A stretch of DNA of 64,000 nucleotides, taken from positions 669-64,668 of the forward strand of contig JAGNLW010000001.1 in NCBI GenBank assembly GCA_017999365.1. The letters are read 5' to 3'. A model generated the notes under the pieces. It did not search any database, was not told the origin of the DNA, and saw nothing but the letters and a program-made list of their open reading frames with translations. This DNA is from Candidatus Aminicenantes bacterium. Lineage in GTDB: Bacteria; Acidobacteriota; Aminicenantia; Aminicenantales; Saccharicenantaceae. Below, in pieces: positions 19,765 through 28,666 of the stretch (positions are counted from its first letter, which is position 1; every line of letters starts with the position of its first letter). Position numbers and translations under genes: made by a program.

Positions 19765-21525
19765 TCAGACCGCCGCCGGAGCGCCGTCCGGGCCGCCCTT
19801 CTTTCTCAGGAACGTCCGCAGGAACAGGACCACGACCCCGGCCGAGAGCGCGAACAGGAGCAGGTCGGCCGCGATGAGGAGGACGTTGCCCTTGGCGATG
19901 TAGCTCTTGAGGAGGATGCCGAGGGAGACCAGGGTCGTCGCGACCATGAAGACCGCCGGGACCAGGGTGAACCAGTTCCGGCGCCGGCGCAGGAGCAGCC
20001 AGGCCGAGACCGTCAGCAGGGCCATGGCCGCCAGGAGCTGGTTGGCCGTGCCGAAGATCGGCCAAAGGGCGTTGAAGGCGTTCGAGTAGGCCAGGACCCA
20101 CATCAGGGCCACGGACAGGCCCGAGTTGAACCAGAAGTGGCGCATGACGGCGGGGACCTTCTTGAAGGCGATCGTCCACAGCTCCTCGAGCAAGTAGCGG
20201 TTGAGCCGGACGGCGGCGTCGAGCGTGGTGATGACGAAGCCCTCGACGAGCAGGATGCCGAAGACCGTGCCCAGGGCCACCGGGATGCCCAGGCCGCGGT
20301 GGAAGAGCTGGCCGGCGGCCAGCGAGAAGCCCAGGATGGGATTGGACTTGACGGCCGGGTCGGCCGGCCAGACGATGGCCTTGTAGTCGGTGAACGCCAT
20401 GACCGCGCCGAGGGCCAGCAGGACGCAGACCGAGAGGAGCGACTCGAGGAGCATGGCGTTGTAACCGACGCGCCGGGCGTCGGGCTCCCGGGCCAGCTGC
20501 TTGCCGGTCGTGCCGCCCCCGACCAGGCAGTGGAAGCCGGAGATGGCGCCGCAGGCGATGGTGATGAACATCATCGGCCAGACGAAACCCAGGTTGGCCG
20601 TCCCTTCCGCCAGGTTGAACTTCGGCATGGTCACGGTCAGGCCCTGGAAGCCGCAGCTGAAGAGCGAGACGATCATCAGGCCGATGCCGCCGTAGAGGAT
20701 CTGGACGTTGATGAAGTCGCGCGGCTGCAGGATGAGCCAGACCGGCACCCCGGCCGCAAAGAGGACGTAGACCGAGATGATGATCATCCAGGCCGTCGGC
20801 GCCAGGGTCACCGGGAAGGTGATGCCCAGGAGGACGGAACCGACGCAGATGACCGCGGCCAGGACGTAGGCCGGAACGGTCTTGAGGTTCTTCTTGTAGA
20901 GGAGGAAGCCGAGCAGGGGCGAGCACAGGGTGATGAAGATGACCGAGGTCGAGGCGATGCCGCCGATGCGCCCCATGACGACGCCGTCCCGGACTACGGT
21001 CTTGAGGAAGGTCTCCCCTTCCTTGACCCCGATCTTGGCCAGCGGCCAGAGCGAGGTCAGCGAGATCGAGGTCGCGCTCAGGAAGGACGAGGTGACCAGG
21101 ACGATCATGACGATGGTGAAGGCGATGAACAGCCGGAAGCCCGAGGGACCGAGCGTCTTGCGGGCGACCTCGGCCATGGACCGGCCGCCCTCGCGCATGC
21201 TGATGAACAGGGTCGTGTAGTCGTGGACGGCGCCGATGAAGACGCCGCCGAGGACGACCCAGAGCCAGGCCGGGACGAACCCGTACAGGACGGCCATGGT
21301 CGGGCCGAGGATGGGGCCGGCCCCGGCGATGGCCGAGAAGTGGTGGGCGAAGACGACGTAACGCTTGGTCGGGACGAAGTCCCGCCCGTCGCAGCAGGTC
21401 ACGGCCGGCGTCGGATGGGCCGGGTCCTCCCCCAGGCTCTTGGCGATATAGCGGGAGTAGACCCGCCCGGCGGCGACGAAGACGGCCGCGGCGACGGCGA
21501 GGACCGCGAGGACGTTCATGGACAT
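19765..21525 (-). CDS. cstA: Carbon starvation protein A family transporter (CstA/BtsT-like)
   Basis: Polytopic membrane protein with a CstA-like N-terminal region. Start is preceded by GAGGAG. Confidence 0.9.
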   Translation of the reverse strand: MSMNVLAVLAVAAAVFVAAGRVYSRYIAKSLGEDPAHPTPAVTCCDGRDFVPTKRYVVFAHHFSAIAGAGPILGPTMAVLYGFVPAWLWVVLGGVFIGAVHDYTTLFISMREGGRSMAEVARKTLGPSGFRLFIAFTIVMIVLVTSSFLSATSISLTSLWPLAKIGVKEGETFLKTVVRDGVVMGRIGGIASTSVIFITLCSPLLGFLLYKKNLKTVPAYVLAAVICVGSVLLGITFPVTLAPTAWMIIISVYVLFAAGVPVWLILQPRDFINVQILYGGIGLMIVSLFSCGFQGLTVTMPKFNLAEGTANLGFVWPMMFITIACGAISGFHCLVGGGTTGKQLAREPDARRVGYNAMLLESLLSVCVLLALGAVMAFTDYKAIVWPADPAVKSNPILGFSLAAGQLFHRGLGIPVALGTVFGILLVEGFVITTLDAAVRLNRYLLEELWTIAFKKVPAVMRHFWFNSGLSVALMWVLAYSNAFNALWPIFGTANQLLAAMALLTVSAWLLLRRRRNWFTLVPAVFMVATTLVSLGILLKSYIAKGNVLLIAADLLLFALSAGVVVLFLRTFLRKKGGPDGAPAAV

Positions 21526-21632
21526 CTCCTCTGCGGGGCGCCGGCCCCGCGACGGACAGAGATTAGTAGCACATTTGACAGCCCGGTGACAAATCGGTAC
21601 AAAGGGGCCGCAGCGCCGATAAGGAGACCCCC

Positions 21633-23639
21633 ATGTTGACGACGCCGGAACGGTTCGCCCTCGTCCTGCTCATCCTGGCCACGGCCGCGGCCTTCTTCGG
21701 GCCGCTCGCCCGGCGCGTCCGCATCGTCCTGGCCGGGGCGCCCGAGGACCGCTTCCGGGGCCTCGGGCGCCGCTTCGTCCATGCCGCGACCCGGGTCCTC
21801 TTCCAGCGCTGTACGGTCCGGAAGGAGCGCCTGGCCACCGGCCTCCTCCACGCCGGCCTCTTCTACGGCGCCCTGACCTTCGATACCCTGACGGTCGGCC
21901 ACACCCTCGAAGGCTTCGGCGTCCGCCTTTTCGGCCGCTCCGGCCTCGGCCTGGTCCTGTCGTTCGCCGTCGACGCGGCCGCCTTCACGGTCATGGCCGC
22001 CGTCGTCTTCCTGGCCTTCCGCCGTTTCGTCCTCAAGCCCGCGGCCTACGCGACGACGAAGGGCGACTCCGCGGTCATCTATCTCCTCATCACGGCGGCC
22101 ACGGCGACCTACCTCTGTTACGAGGCCTTCGCCGTGGCCCACCATCCGGAGACGGCGCGCTGGTCCTTCCTCGGGCCCTGGCTGGCGGGCTTCGTCGACC
22201 GTTCCGGGCTCGACGCGGCGGCCGTGGCCGCGCGGTTCAAGGCGGCCTGGTGGGCCCACCTCGTCGCCGTCTACGCCTTCATCGCCTACGTCCCCCACTC
22301 CAAGTACCTGCACATGTTCGCCGGGCCCTTCAACGTCTTCTTCCGCCGGCCGGGGCGGGGCGGCGAGATGGAGTCCCTCGATCTCGAGAAGTCCGAGGTC
22401 TACGGCGTCGAGAAGCTCCCCGATTTCACCTGGAAGGACGACCTGGACGCTTTCGCCTGCATGGAGTGCGGACGCTGCCAGGACGCCTGCCCGGCCTTCG
22501 CCAGCGGCAAACCGCTCTCGCCCAAGATGATCCTCTTCAACATGGAGCGGGCCCTTCTCGCCGGCGACAAGGCGCTCATCGCCAAAAAGCGCGACGGCCT
22601 GGCCGGGCTGGTCCCGGACACCTTCGCCGAGGGCGAGATCTGGACCTGCACGACCTGCGGCGCCTGCCAGAAGGAGTGCCCGGTCGAGATCGAGCACATC
22701 CGCAAGATCGTCGGGGCCCGCCGGAGCCAGGTCCTGATGCAGAGCCGGTTCCCGGCCGAGCTCAACGCCTTCTTCCGGAACATGGAGACCAACGCCAATC
22801 CCTGGGGGATCGGCTTCGCCAAGCGGGCCGAGTGGGGCGAGCCGCTCGAAGTCCCGCACATCAAGGACGTGCCCGCCGCCGAGGTCCTGTTCTGGGTCGG
22901 CTGCATGGGCGCCTACGACGACGGCGGGAAGGGCATCGCGGCGGCCCTCGTCAAGGTCCTGCGGGCCGCCGGGGTGGCGTTCGGGACGCTCGGGGCCGAG
23001 GAGAAGTGCTGCGGCGACTCGGCCCGCCGGTTGGGGAACGAATACCTCTTCCAAAGCCTGGCCGCGGAGAACATCGGGCTATTCAAGCGGTACGGCGTGC
23101 GGAAGATCGTCACCATCTGCCCGCACGGCTATAACACGCTCAAGCACGAATACTCGAAGCTCCTCGACCTCGTCCCGGGCCTGACCGAAGAGGACAAGGC
23201 CCGGCTGAGGGCCATCGAGGTCGTCTCCCACGTCGAGCTCATCTGCGGGCTCATCGAGGACGGGCGCCTCGCGCTCGAGCCCGGGGCCGCGGGCCCGTAT
23301 ACCTTCCACGACCCGTGTTACCTGGGGCGTCACAACGGCCTGATCGAGGAGCCGCGGTCGGTCCTGCGCGCGGCCCTCGGCGGCCGGCCGCGGGAGCTCG
23401 ACCGCCACGGCGACGACAGCTTCTGCTGCGGCGCGGGCGGCGGGTTGATGTGGACCGAGGAGTCCCTCGGCACACGGATCAACCATCTGCGCGCCGACGA
23501 GATCGTCGCCTCGGGAGCGCCGCTGGCGGCCGCGGCCTGCCCGTTCTGCCTGACCATGCTCCGCGACGGGCTCAAGGACAAGGGCCGCGAGGACATCGCG
23601 GTCAAGGATATCGCCCAGATCGTAGCCGAACGGCTGTAG
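21633..23639 (+). CDS. Membrane-anchored Fe-S oxidoreductase: N-terminal multi-TM domain fused to 2x[4Fe-4S] and two CCG domains (HdrD/GlpC-like)
   Basis: CMECGRCQDACP and CTTCGACQKECP ferredoxin motifs. CCG cysteine-rich motifs (CCGD, CCGAGGG). About 5 N-terminal hydrophobic helices. RBS AAGGAGA. Confidence 0.8.
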   Translation: MLTTPERFALVLLILATAAAFFGPLARRVRIVLAGAPEDRFRGLGRRFVHAATRVLFQRCTVRKERLATGLLHAGLFYGALTFDTLTVGHTLEGFGVRLFGRSGLGLVLSFAVDAAAFTVMAAVVFLAFRRFVLKPAAYATTKGDSAVIYLLITAATATYLCYEAFAVAHHPETARWSFLGPWLAGFVDRSGLDAAAVAARFKAAWWAHLVAVYAFIAYVPHSKYLHMFAGPFNVFFRRPGRGGEMESLDLEKSEVYGVEKLPDFTWKDDLDAFACMECGRCQDACPAFASGKPLSPKMILFNMERALLAGDKALIAKKRDGLAGLVPDTFAEGEIWTCTTCGACQKECPVEIEHIRKIVGARRSQVLMQSRFPAELNAFFRNMETNANPWGIGFAKRAEWGEPLEVPHIKDVPAAEVLFWVGCMGAYDDGGKGIAAALVKVLRAAGVAFGTLGAEEKCCGDSARRLGNEYLFQSLAAENIGLFKRYGVRKIVTICPHGYNTLKHEYSKLLDLVPGLTEEDKARLRAIEVVSHVELICGLIEDGRLALEPGAAGPYTFHDPCYLGRHNGLIEEPRSVLRAALGGRPRELDRHGDDSFCCGAGGGLMWTEESLGTRINHLRADEIVASGAPLAAAACPFCLTMLRDGLKDKGREDIAVKDIAQIVAERL

Positions 23640-23652
23640 CCCTCGGGCGGGG

Positions 23653-24414
23653 TCAGAAGACCTTCTCGACGCGGATGCCGCGGGCGCGGAGGGCCTTGGC
23701 CAGTCGCGATGCCTGCGTCGCGAAGAACCCGTCCGTCAGGGCCTCGAGCAGGCCGTGCCGCGCGTAGACGGCCCTCACCGCCGGGACGTAGTTCATGCGG
23801 TCGATGAGGACGCGATCGACGGCTCCGGCCAGACGCGCGGCCAGGCGTTCCGGGTTTCCCGGCAGCAGGGGCCCGGCGAACGCGAAGGTCGGGACGCCCG
23901 CGGCTTTGAACTCGCGCAGGACCTCGATCCGTTCCTCGACCGGCGAGGAGGCCCTCTCGAACAGCCTGATGACCGCCTCGTCGTCGCTCGCGATGCTGAA
24001 CCCCACTTCGACGTGCGGGATGCGCTTGATGACGTCCAGGTCGCAGCGGACCCGGGCCGACTTGGTCTGGATGACGACCGGGAATTCTCGGCCGGCCAGG
24101 ACCTCGAGCGAGCGCCTCGTCAGCCCATAGCGCTCCTCGACCGGCTGGTAGCCGTCGCAGACCGAAGAGAACCAGATCGTGCCCCGCCCGGCTCTGACGA
24201 TCTGCTTGGCCAACAACTCCGGGGCGTTGATCTTGGCGTCGACGAACTCTCCCCAGGGCTCGCTGTGGCCGCTGTAGCGCCGCATGAACAGCGCGGCGTA
24301 GCAGTAGGCGCAGCCGACCTGGCAGCCGGTGTAGGGATTGACGCAATAGTCGTAGATCTTCGAGACGTTGAGAACGGACTTGGCCTCGATTTCGCGGACG
24401 ACGGGACCTGGCAT
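23653..24414 (-). CDS. Radical SAM protein (SplB-like DNA-repair photolyase family, COG1533-like)
   Basis: CxxxCxxC motif CQVGCAYC near the N-terminus. Confidence 0.75.
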   Translation of the reverse strand: MPGPVVREIEAKSVLNVSKIYDYCVNPYTGCQVGCAYCYAALFMRRYSGHSEPWGEFVDAKINAPELLAKQIVRAGRGTIWFSSVCDGYQPVEERYGLTRRSLEVLAGREFPVVIQTKSARVRCDLDVIKRIPHVEVGFSIASDDEAVIRLFERASSPVEERIEVLREFKAAGVPTFAFAGPLLPGNPERLAARLAGAVDRVLIDRMNYVPAVRAVYARHGLLEALTDGFFATQASRLAKALRARGIRVEKVF

Positions 24415-24452
24415 AAGTCCATTATAACCCCGGGGGGACGGTCCCCGGGGGC

Positions 24453-25487
24453 TCAGGCCAGGATCTCGCGAAAGGCCTTGATGGCCCTCTCGACGTCCTC
24501 GTCGCCGACGTCCTTGTGGGTGACCATGCGGATGCCGCCGAAGATGGCCAAGGCCAGGATGCCCTTCTCCTTCATCTTCTCGACCATGGCCGGGACGCCG
24601 ATCGACGGATGGTCGAAGCCGAAGATGACGATGTCGGTCTCGACGCTCTCCGGATCGATCCGGACCCCGGGCAGGCCGGCGATGCCCCGGGCCAGCCTCT
24701 TGGCCCGGGCGTGGTCCTCTTTGAGGCGGTCGACCATCTCGGTCAGGGCGATGAGGCCGGGCGCGGCCAGGACGCCGACCTGGCGCATGCCGCCGCCGAG
24801 GACCTTGCGCAGGCGGCGGGCGAAGTCGATACGCTCACGGCCGGCGGCCAGCACCGAGCCGACGGGCGCCGACAGGCCCTTGGACAGGCAGAACTGGACC
24901 GAGTCGACCTCCCGGGCGTAGTCCGCGACAGGGACGCCCGAAGCCACGCTGGCGTTGAAGAGGCGGGCCCCGTCGAGATGGACCTTGAGCCCGTGCTCGT
25001 CGGCGACGCGCCGCAGGCCTTTGAAGTTGTCGAGCGGGACGACCGACCCGCCCCAGTTGTTGTGGGTGTTCTCGATGCAGATGAGCGAGGTCCGGGGGGT
25101 GTGGACGTTGGGCTTGCGGACGGCGGCCGCGACGTCGGCGGGGTCCATGGCCCCGCGCCGCGAACGCACCGGCCGCGGCGTGACCCCGGAGATGAAGGTC
25201 ATGTGGGTCGATTCCATGTTGTAGATGTGCGACCGCTCCTCGACGATGACCTCCTCGAGAGGGCCGGTCCACATCTTGACGGCGATGGCGTTGGCCATGG
25301 TGCCCGACGGGCAGAACAGGGCCGCCTCCTTGCCCATCAACCCGGCCGCCCGCCGCTCGAGCTCCTGGACGGTGGGATCGTCGCCCAGGACGTCGTCGCC
25401 GACGACGGCCTCGGCCATGGCCCGGCGCATCTTCTCGGTCGGCCGGGTGACCGTGTCGCTGCGGAAATCGGAACAGGTGATGGTCAT
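24453..25487 (-). CDS. ltaE: Low-specificity L-threonine aldolase
   Basis: PLP-dependent threonine-aldolase family ([17 protein letters not shown]). Confidence 0.85.
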   Translation of the reverse strand: MTITCSDFRSDTVTRPTEKMRRAMAEAVVGDDVLGDDPTVQELERRAAGLMGKEAALFCPSGTMANAIAVKMWTGPLEEVIVEERSHIYNMESTHMTFISGVTPRPVRSRRGAMDPADVAAAVRKPNVHTPRTSLICIENTHNNWGGSVVPLDNFKGLRRVADEHGLKVHLDGARLFNASVASGVPVADYAREVDSVQFCLSKGLSAPVGSVLAAGRERIDFARRLRKVLGGGMRQVGVLAAPGLIALTEMVDRLKEDHARAKRLARGIAGLPGVRIDPESVETDIVIFGFDHPSIGVPAMVEKMKEKGILALAIFGGIRMVTHKDVGDEDVERAIKAFREILA

Positions 25488-25585
25488 GGCGTGCCTCCGA
25501 ATGGACCATTATAGCCCGCGGCGCGGGAAAAGGAAGGGGCAACCTCCCGGTCGTTTACACAGTTGGAGTTCTATGATAATAATGG

Positions 25586-26335
25586 ATGGCGCATCCCCGG
25601 TACCGGACACAGGACATGGCGAAGAATATCCTCTATCGAACGGCCGTCGCCGCGCTCCTCTTCGCCGACCTATTCTTCCTGAGCGCCGTCATCTTCTCCC
25701 AGGTCCTCCTCAAGAGCGAGCTCGTCACCGTTCCCGACCTGGCCGGACGGACGGTCGTCCAGGCCCGGGCCGACCTCCAGAAAAAGGACCTGGCCCTCGC
25801 CGCCAGGGGGACGGAGACGAGCGACCGCGTCGAGAAGGGCCTCATCGCCCGCCAGGACCCCGCCGCCGGCTCGCGGGTGCGCGTGGCGACCGTCGTCCAG
25901 GTCTTCACCAGTTCGGGCAGCGGCACGGTCGTCGTCCCGGACCTGGCCGACAAGAGCCTGGACGAGGCCCTGACCCTGCTCCAGTCCTCCGGGCTGACCC
26001 GGGGCCCCGTGACCCGGATGCACACGCCCCGCGTCCCCGCCGGCCGGGTCCTCCTCCAGAAGCCCGACCCCGGCGCGGTCGCCGACCGCAACGCCCCCGT
26101 CGGCCTCCTGCTCAGCCAGGGCGGCCTCGACGAGAGCTACATCATGCCCGACCTGCTCGTCGGCCTGAGGTCGAGCGCGGTCCTGGGGCGCTTCGAGTCG
26201 TGGGGCTTCAAGGTCGCCGACATCCGCTACGTCTACTACCCGGGCCAGCCGGGAGGGATCGTCGTCGGCCAGGACCCCCGGCCCGGCTTCCCCGTCCGCA
26301 AGCGCGGCCGGATCACCCTGGAGGTCAGCCGCTGA
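25586..26335 (+). CDS. Membrane-anchored PASTA-domain protein (three PASTA repeats, no kinase or PBP domain); alternative start at 25616
   Basis: One TM helix, then three repeats of roughly 65 aa each beginning VPDLAG/VPDLAD/MPDLLV. Stop overlaps the rpe start (TGATG). Confidence 0.7.
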   Translation: MAHPRYRTQDMAKNILYRTAVAALLFADLFFLSAVIFSQVLLKSELVTVPDLAGRTVVQARADLQKKDLALAARGTETSDRVEKGLIARQDPAAGSRVRVATVVQVFTSSGSGTVVVPDLADKSLDEALTLLQSSGLTRGPVTRMHTPRVPAGRVLLQKPDPGAVADRNAPVGLLLSQGGLDESYIMPDLLVGLRSSAVLGRFESWGFKVADIRYVYYPGQPGGIVVGQDPRPGFPVRKRGRITLEVSR

Positions 26336-26997
26336 TGGCCCTCATCGCCCCGTCCATCCTGTCCGCCGATTTCGCCCGCCTCGGCGAGGCCGTCAAGCTG
26401 GCCGAGGACGCCGGGGCCGACCTCATCCACGTCGACATCATGGACGGCCATTTCGTGCCCAACCTGACCCTCGGCCCGCGGCTCGTCGAGGCCGTCCGCC
26501 GGGAGACCCGGCTGCCCATCGACGTCCACCTCATGGTCGAAAACCCCCGGGCCCTCGTCCCTCTCTTCCACGAGGCCGGGGCCGACTGGATCTCCATCCA
26601 CGTCGAGGCCACGGCCCACCTCCACAAGGACCTGGCCCTGATCCGAAGCCTCGGCCGCAAGGCCGGGGTGGCCCTGAATCCGGCCACGCCCATCGGGGCG
26701 ATCGACGAAGTGCTCGGCGACCTCGACTTCGTGCTCATCATGTCGGTCGACCCCGGCTGGGGCGGCCAGGCGTTCATCCCCTCCTGCCGCGACAAGATCC
26801 GGCGCCTCCGCGACCGCATCCGGGCCGCCGGGCTGACCGTCCCCATCGAGGTCGACGGCGGCATCAAGCTCGACAACGCGGAGGACGTCATGCGGGCCGG
26901 GATGGAGATCGTCGTGGCCGGCTCGGCCGTCTACGACGCGCCCGATCCGGCCGCCGTCGTCCGGAAGCTGAAGGACATCGCGAGGACAATCCCATGA
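26335..26997 (+). CDS. rpe: Ribulose-phosphate 3-epimerase
   Basis: PSILSADF, HVDIMDGHFVPN and VDGGI motifs. Confidence 0.9.
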   Translation: MALIAPSILSADFARLGEAVKLAEDAGADLIHVDIMDGHFVPNLTLGPRLVEAVRRETRLPIDVHLMVENPRALVPLFHEAGADWISIHVEATAHLHKDLALIRSLGRKAGVALNPATPIGAIDEVLGDLDFVLIMSVDPGWGGQAFIPSCRDKIRRLRDRIRAAGLTVPIEVDGGIKLDNAEDVMRAGMEIVVAGSAVYDAPDPAAVVRKLKDIARTIP

Positions 26998-27848
26998 CCC
27001 CATCCGCCAGGCCGCGCGCGCTCGTCATGCTGATCCCCTTCCTCCTGGCCCTCGGGCTGGCCCCGGCCTGCCGGAAGAAGGCGGTCGAGTTCACGCCCGA
27101 GCAAGCCTCTTCCGACGAGGCCCTCTACAAGCTCGGCGAGTCTGGCCTCAAGAAGGACACGGAGAAATCCCTGCTCTACCTCCGCCAGGTCATCGACTCG
27201 TTCCCCAAGAGCTTCTACGCCCAGCGGGCCAAGCTCCTCATCGCCGACGCCTATTTCGCCAAGGGCGACGAGACCAACATGATCATGGCCGCGGCCGAGT
27301 ACCGGGAGTTCATCCGGACCTACCCCTATTCGCCGTCGGCCGCCTACGCCCAGTACCAGATCGCCATGACCTTCTACAAGAAGAAGCTCAAGATCGGCCG
27401 CGACCCGTCCAAGACCATCCAGGCCCTGGCCGAGTTCCGGAAGGTCGTCACCGACTTCCCGGCCAGCGACCAGGCCAAGGACGCCCAGGCGAAGATCAAG
27501 GAGTGCGAGGAGCGGCTGGCCGCGCACAACGCCGATATCGCCATCAGCTATTGCCAGCGCCGGGCCTACCGGGCTTCCATCAGCCGCCTGACCGAGATCA
27601 TGACGACCTATCCCGAGTATTCGGGCCTCCACGAGATCTACTACTACCTCGGCGAATGCCATTTCCAGACGAGACAATACGATCAGGCCCTCCCCTTCTT
27701 CACCAAGGTGGTCACCGACTACCCCCAGCAGAAGCTGGCCAAGAGCGCGACGAAGCGGCTGGCCGAGATCGAGAAGCTCAAGGCGGCGCCGCCCAAACCC
27801 GTCAAGCAGCCCAAGGCCAAAGGCCGGACCAAGGCCATCAAGGGCTGA
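26994..27848 (+). CDS. bamD: Outer membrane protein assembly factor BamD (TPR lipoprotein)
   Basis: Lipobox LAPAC. TPR-like repeats typical of YfiO/BamD. ATGA overlap with rpe. Confidence 0.75.
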   Translation: MTPSARPRALVMLIPFLLALGLAPACRKKAVEFTPEQASSDEALYKLGESGLKKDTEKSLLYLRQVIDSFPKSFYAQRAKLLIADAYFAKGDETNMIMAAAEYREFIRTYPYSPSAAYAQYQIAMTFYKKKLKIGRDPSKTIQALAEFRKVVTDFPASDQAKDAQAKIKECEERLAAHNADIAISYCQRRAYRASISRLTEIMTTYPEYSGLHEIYYYLGECHFQTRQYDQALPFFTKVVTDYPQQKLAKSATKRLAEIEKLKAAPPKPVKQPKAKGRTKAIKG

Positions 27849-27874
27849 TGACGCGGCGCGCGGGAGGGTCGGAC

Positions 27875-28651
27875 ATGATCCAGGGACGGAGAAGGATCGG
27901 GCGCGTCTGCGCCCTGACGCTCGGCCTCGCCGCCCTCGCGGGCGTGGCCCCGGCGGCCGGCCTGGCCGTCAAGCCGCGGGCCGCGGGACCGGTCTTCGAT
28001 CACTTCACGCGGACGGTCGCCTGGAAGGGCGACGAGGCCCCTTCGCGGCTGAGCGCCGGCCTCGTCGCGGCCCGGGCCGAGCTGGGGCTCGGCGGGAAAG
28101 GGGCCGTCGTCGGCCTGTTCGCGGGGCTCTCCTTCACCGACGCCGCGGACGTCGTCTTCGACGCCCTCCCCATCGGACTGGTTTTCGACGGCTCGGCCGT
28201 CGCCGGCCTGGCTTTCGGCGCGGACGTTCTCGTCCCGGTCCGGAGGTTCGGGGACTTTGAGATCAAAGGCGCCGGCCGGATCGTCTATTCCATGGGACTG
28301 GACAAGACCTGGCCCCTCGAAGGCTTCGCCGTCGAGGGCCGGGCCGTGGGACAGACGGGCTGGCTGGAGGCCGCCGCCGGGCCGCGGGTCGACTACCTCC
28401 TGTTCGGCGGCGTCGTGCCCTACGTCGAGCTGACCGCCCGGTGGCTCTCGGCCTCGTTCCGCATGGACGAGACCCTGGGCGAGCTGTCCGGATCGGAGAC
28501 CAAGAAGGCCGGCGACTTCGCCGTCGGCGCCGCCCTCGGCGCGGACGCGAAGGTCGGCCGCCGGCTGGACTTCCGCGGCCGGATCGGCATCATGCCCTTC
28601 CCGGGCGGCGTGGACACGCTGGCCACGGCCGGACTGCTCTACAGGTTCTGA
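27875..28651 (+). CDS. Putative outer-membrane beta-barrel protein (C-terminal Phe); alternative start at 27848
   Basis: Signal peptide, Gly/Ala-rich alternating pattern, terminal LLYRF. RBS GGGAGGG lies 7 nt upstream of the ATG at 27875. Confidence 0.55.
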   Translation: MIQGRRRIGRVCALTLGLAALAGVAPAAGLAVKPRAAGPVFDHFTRTVAWKGDEAPSRLSAGLVAARAELGLGGKGAVVGLFAGLSFTDAADVVFDALPIGLVFDGSAVAGLAFGADVLVPVRRFGDFEIKGAGRIVYSMGLDKTWPLEGFAVEGRAVGQTGWLEAAAGPRVDYLLFGGVVPYVELTARWLSASFRMDETLGELSGSETKKAGDFAVGAALGADAKVGRRLDFRGRIGIMPFPGGVDTLATAGLLYRF

Positions 28652-28666
28652 GGCAAGGAGAGGAAC

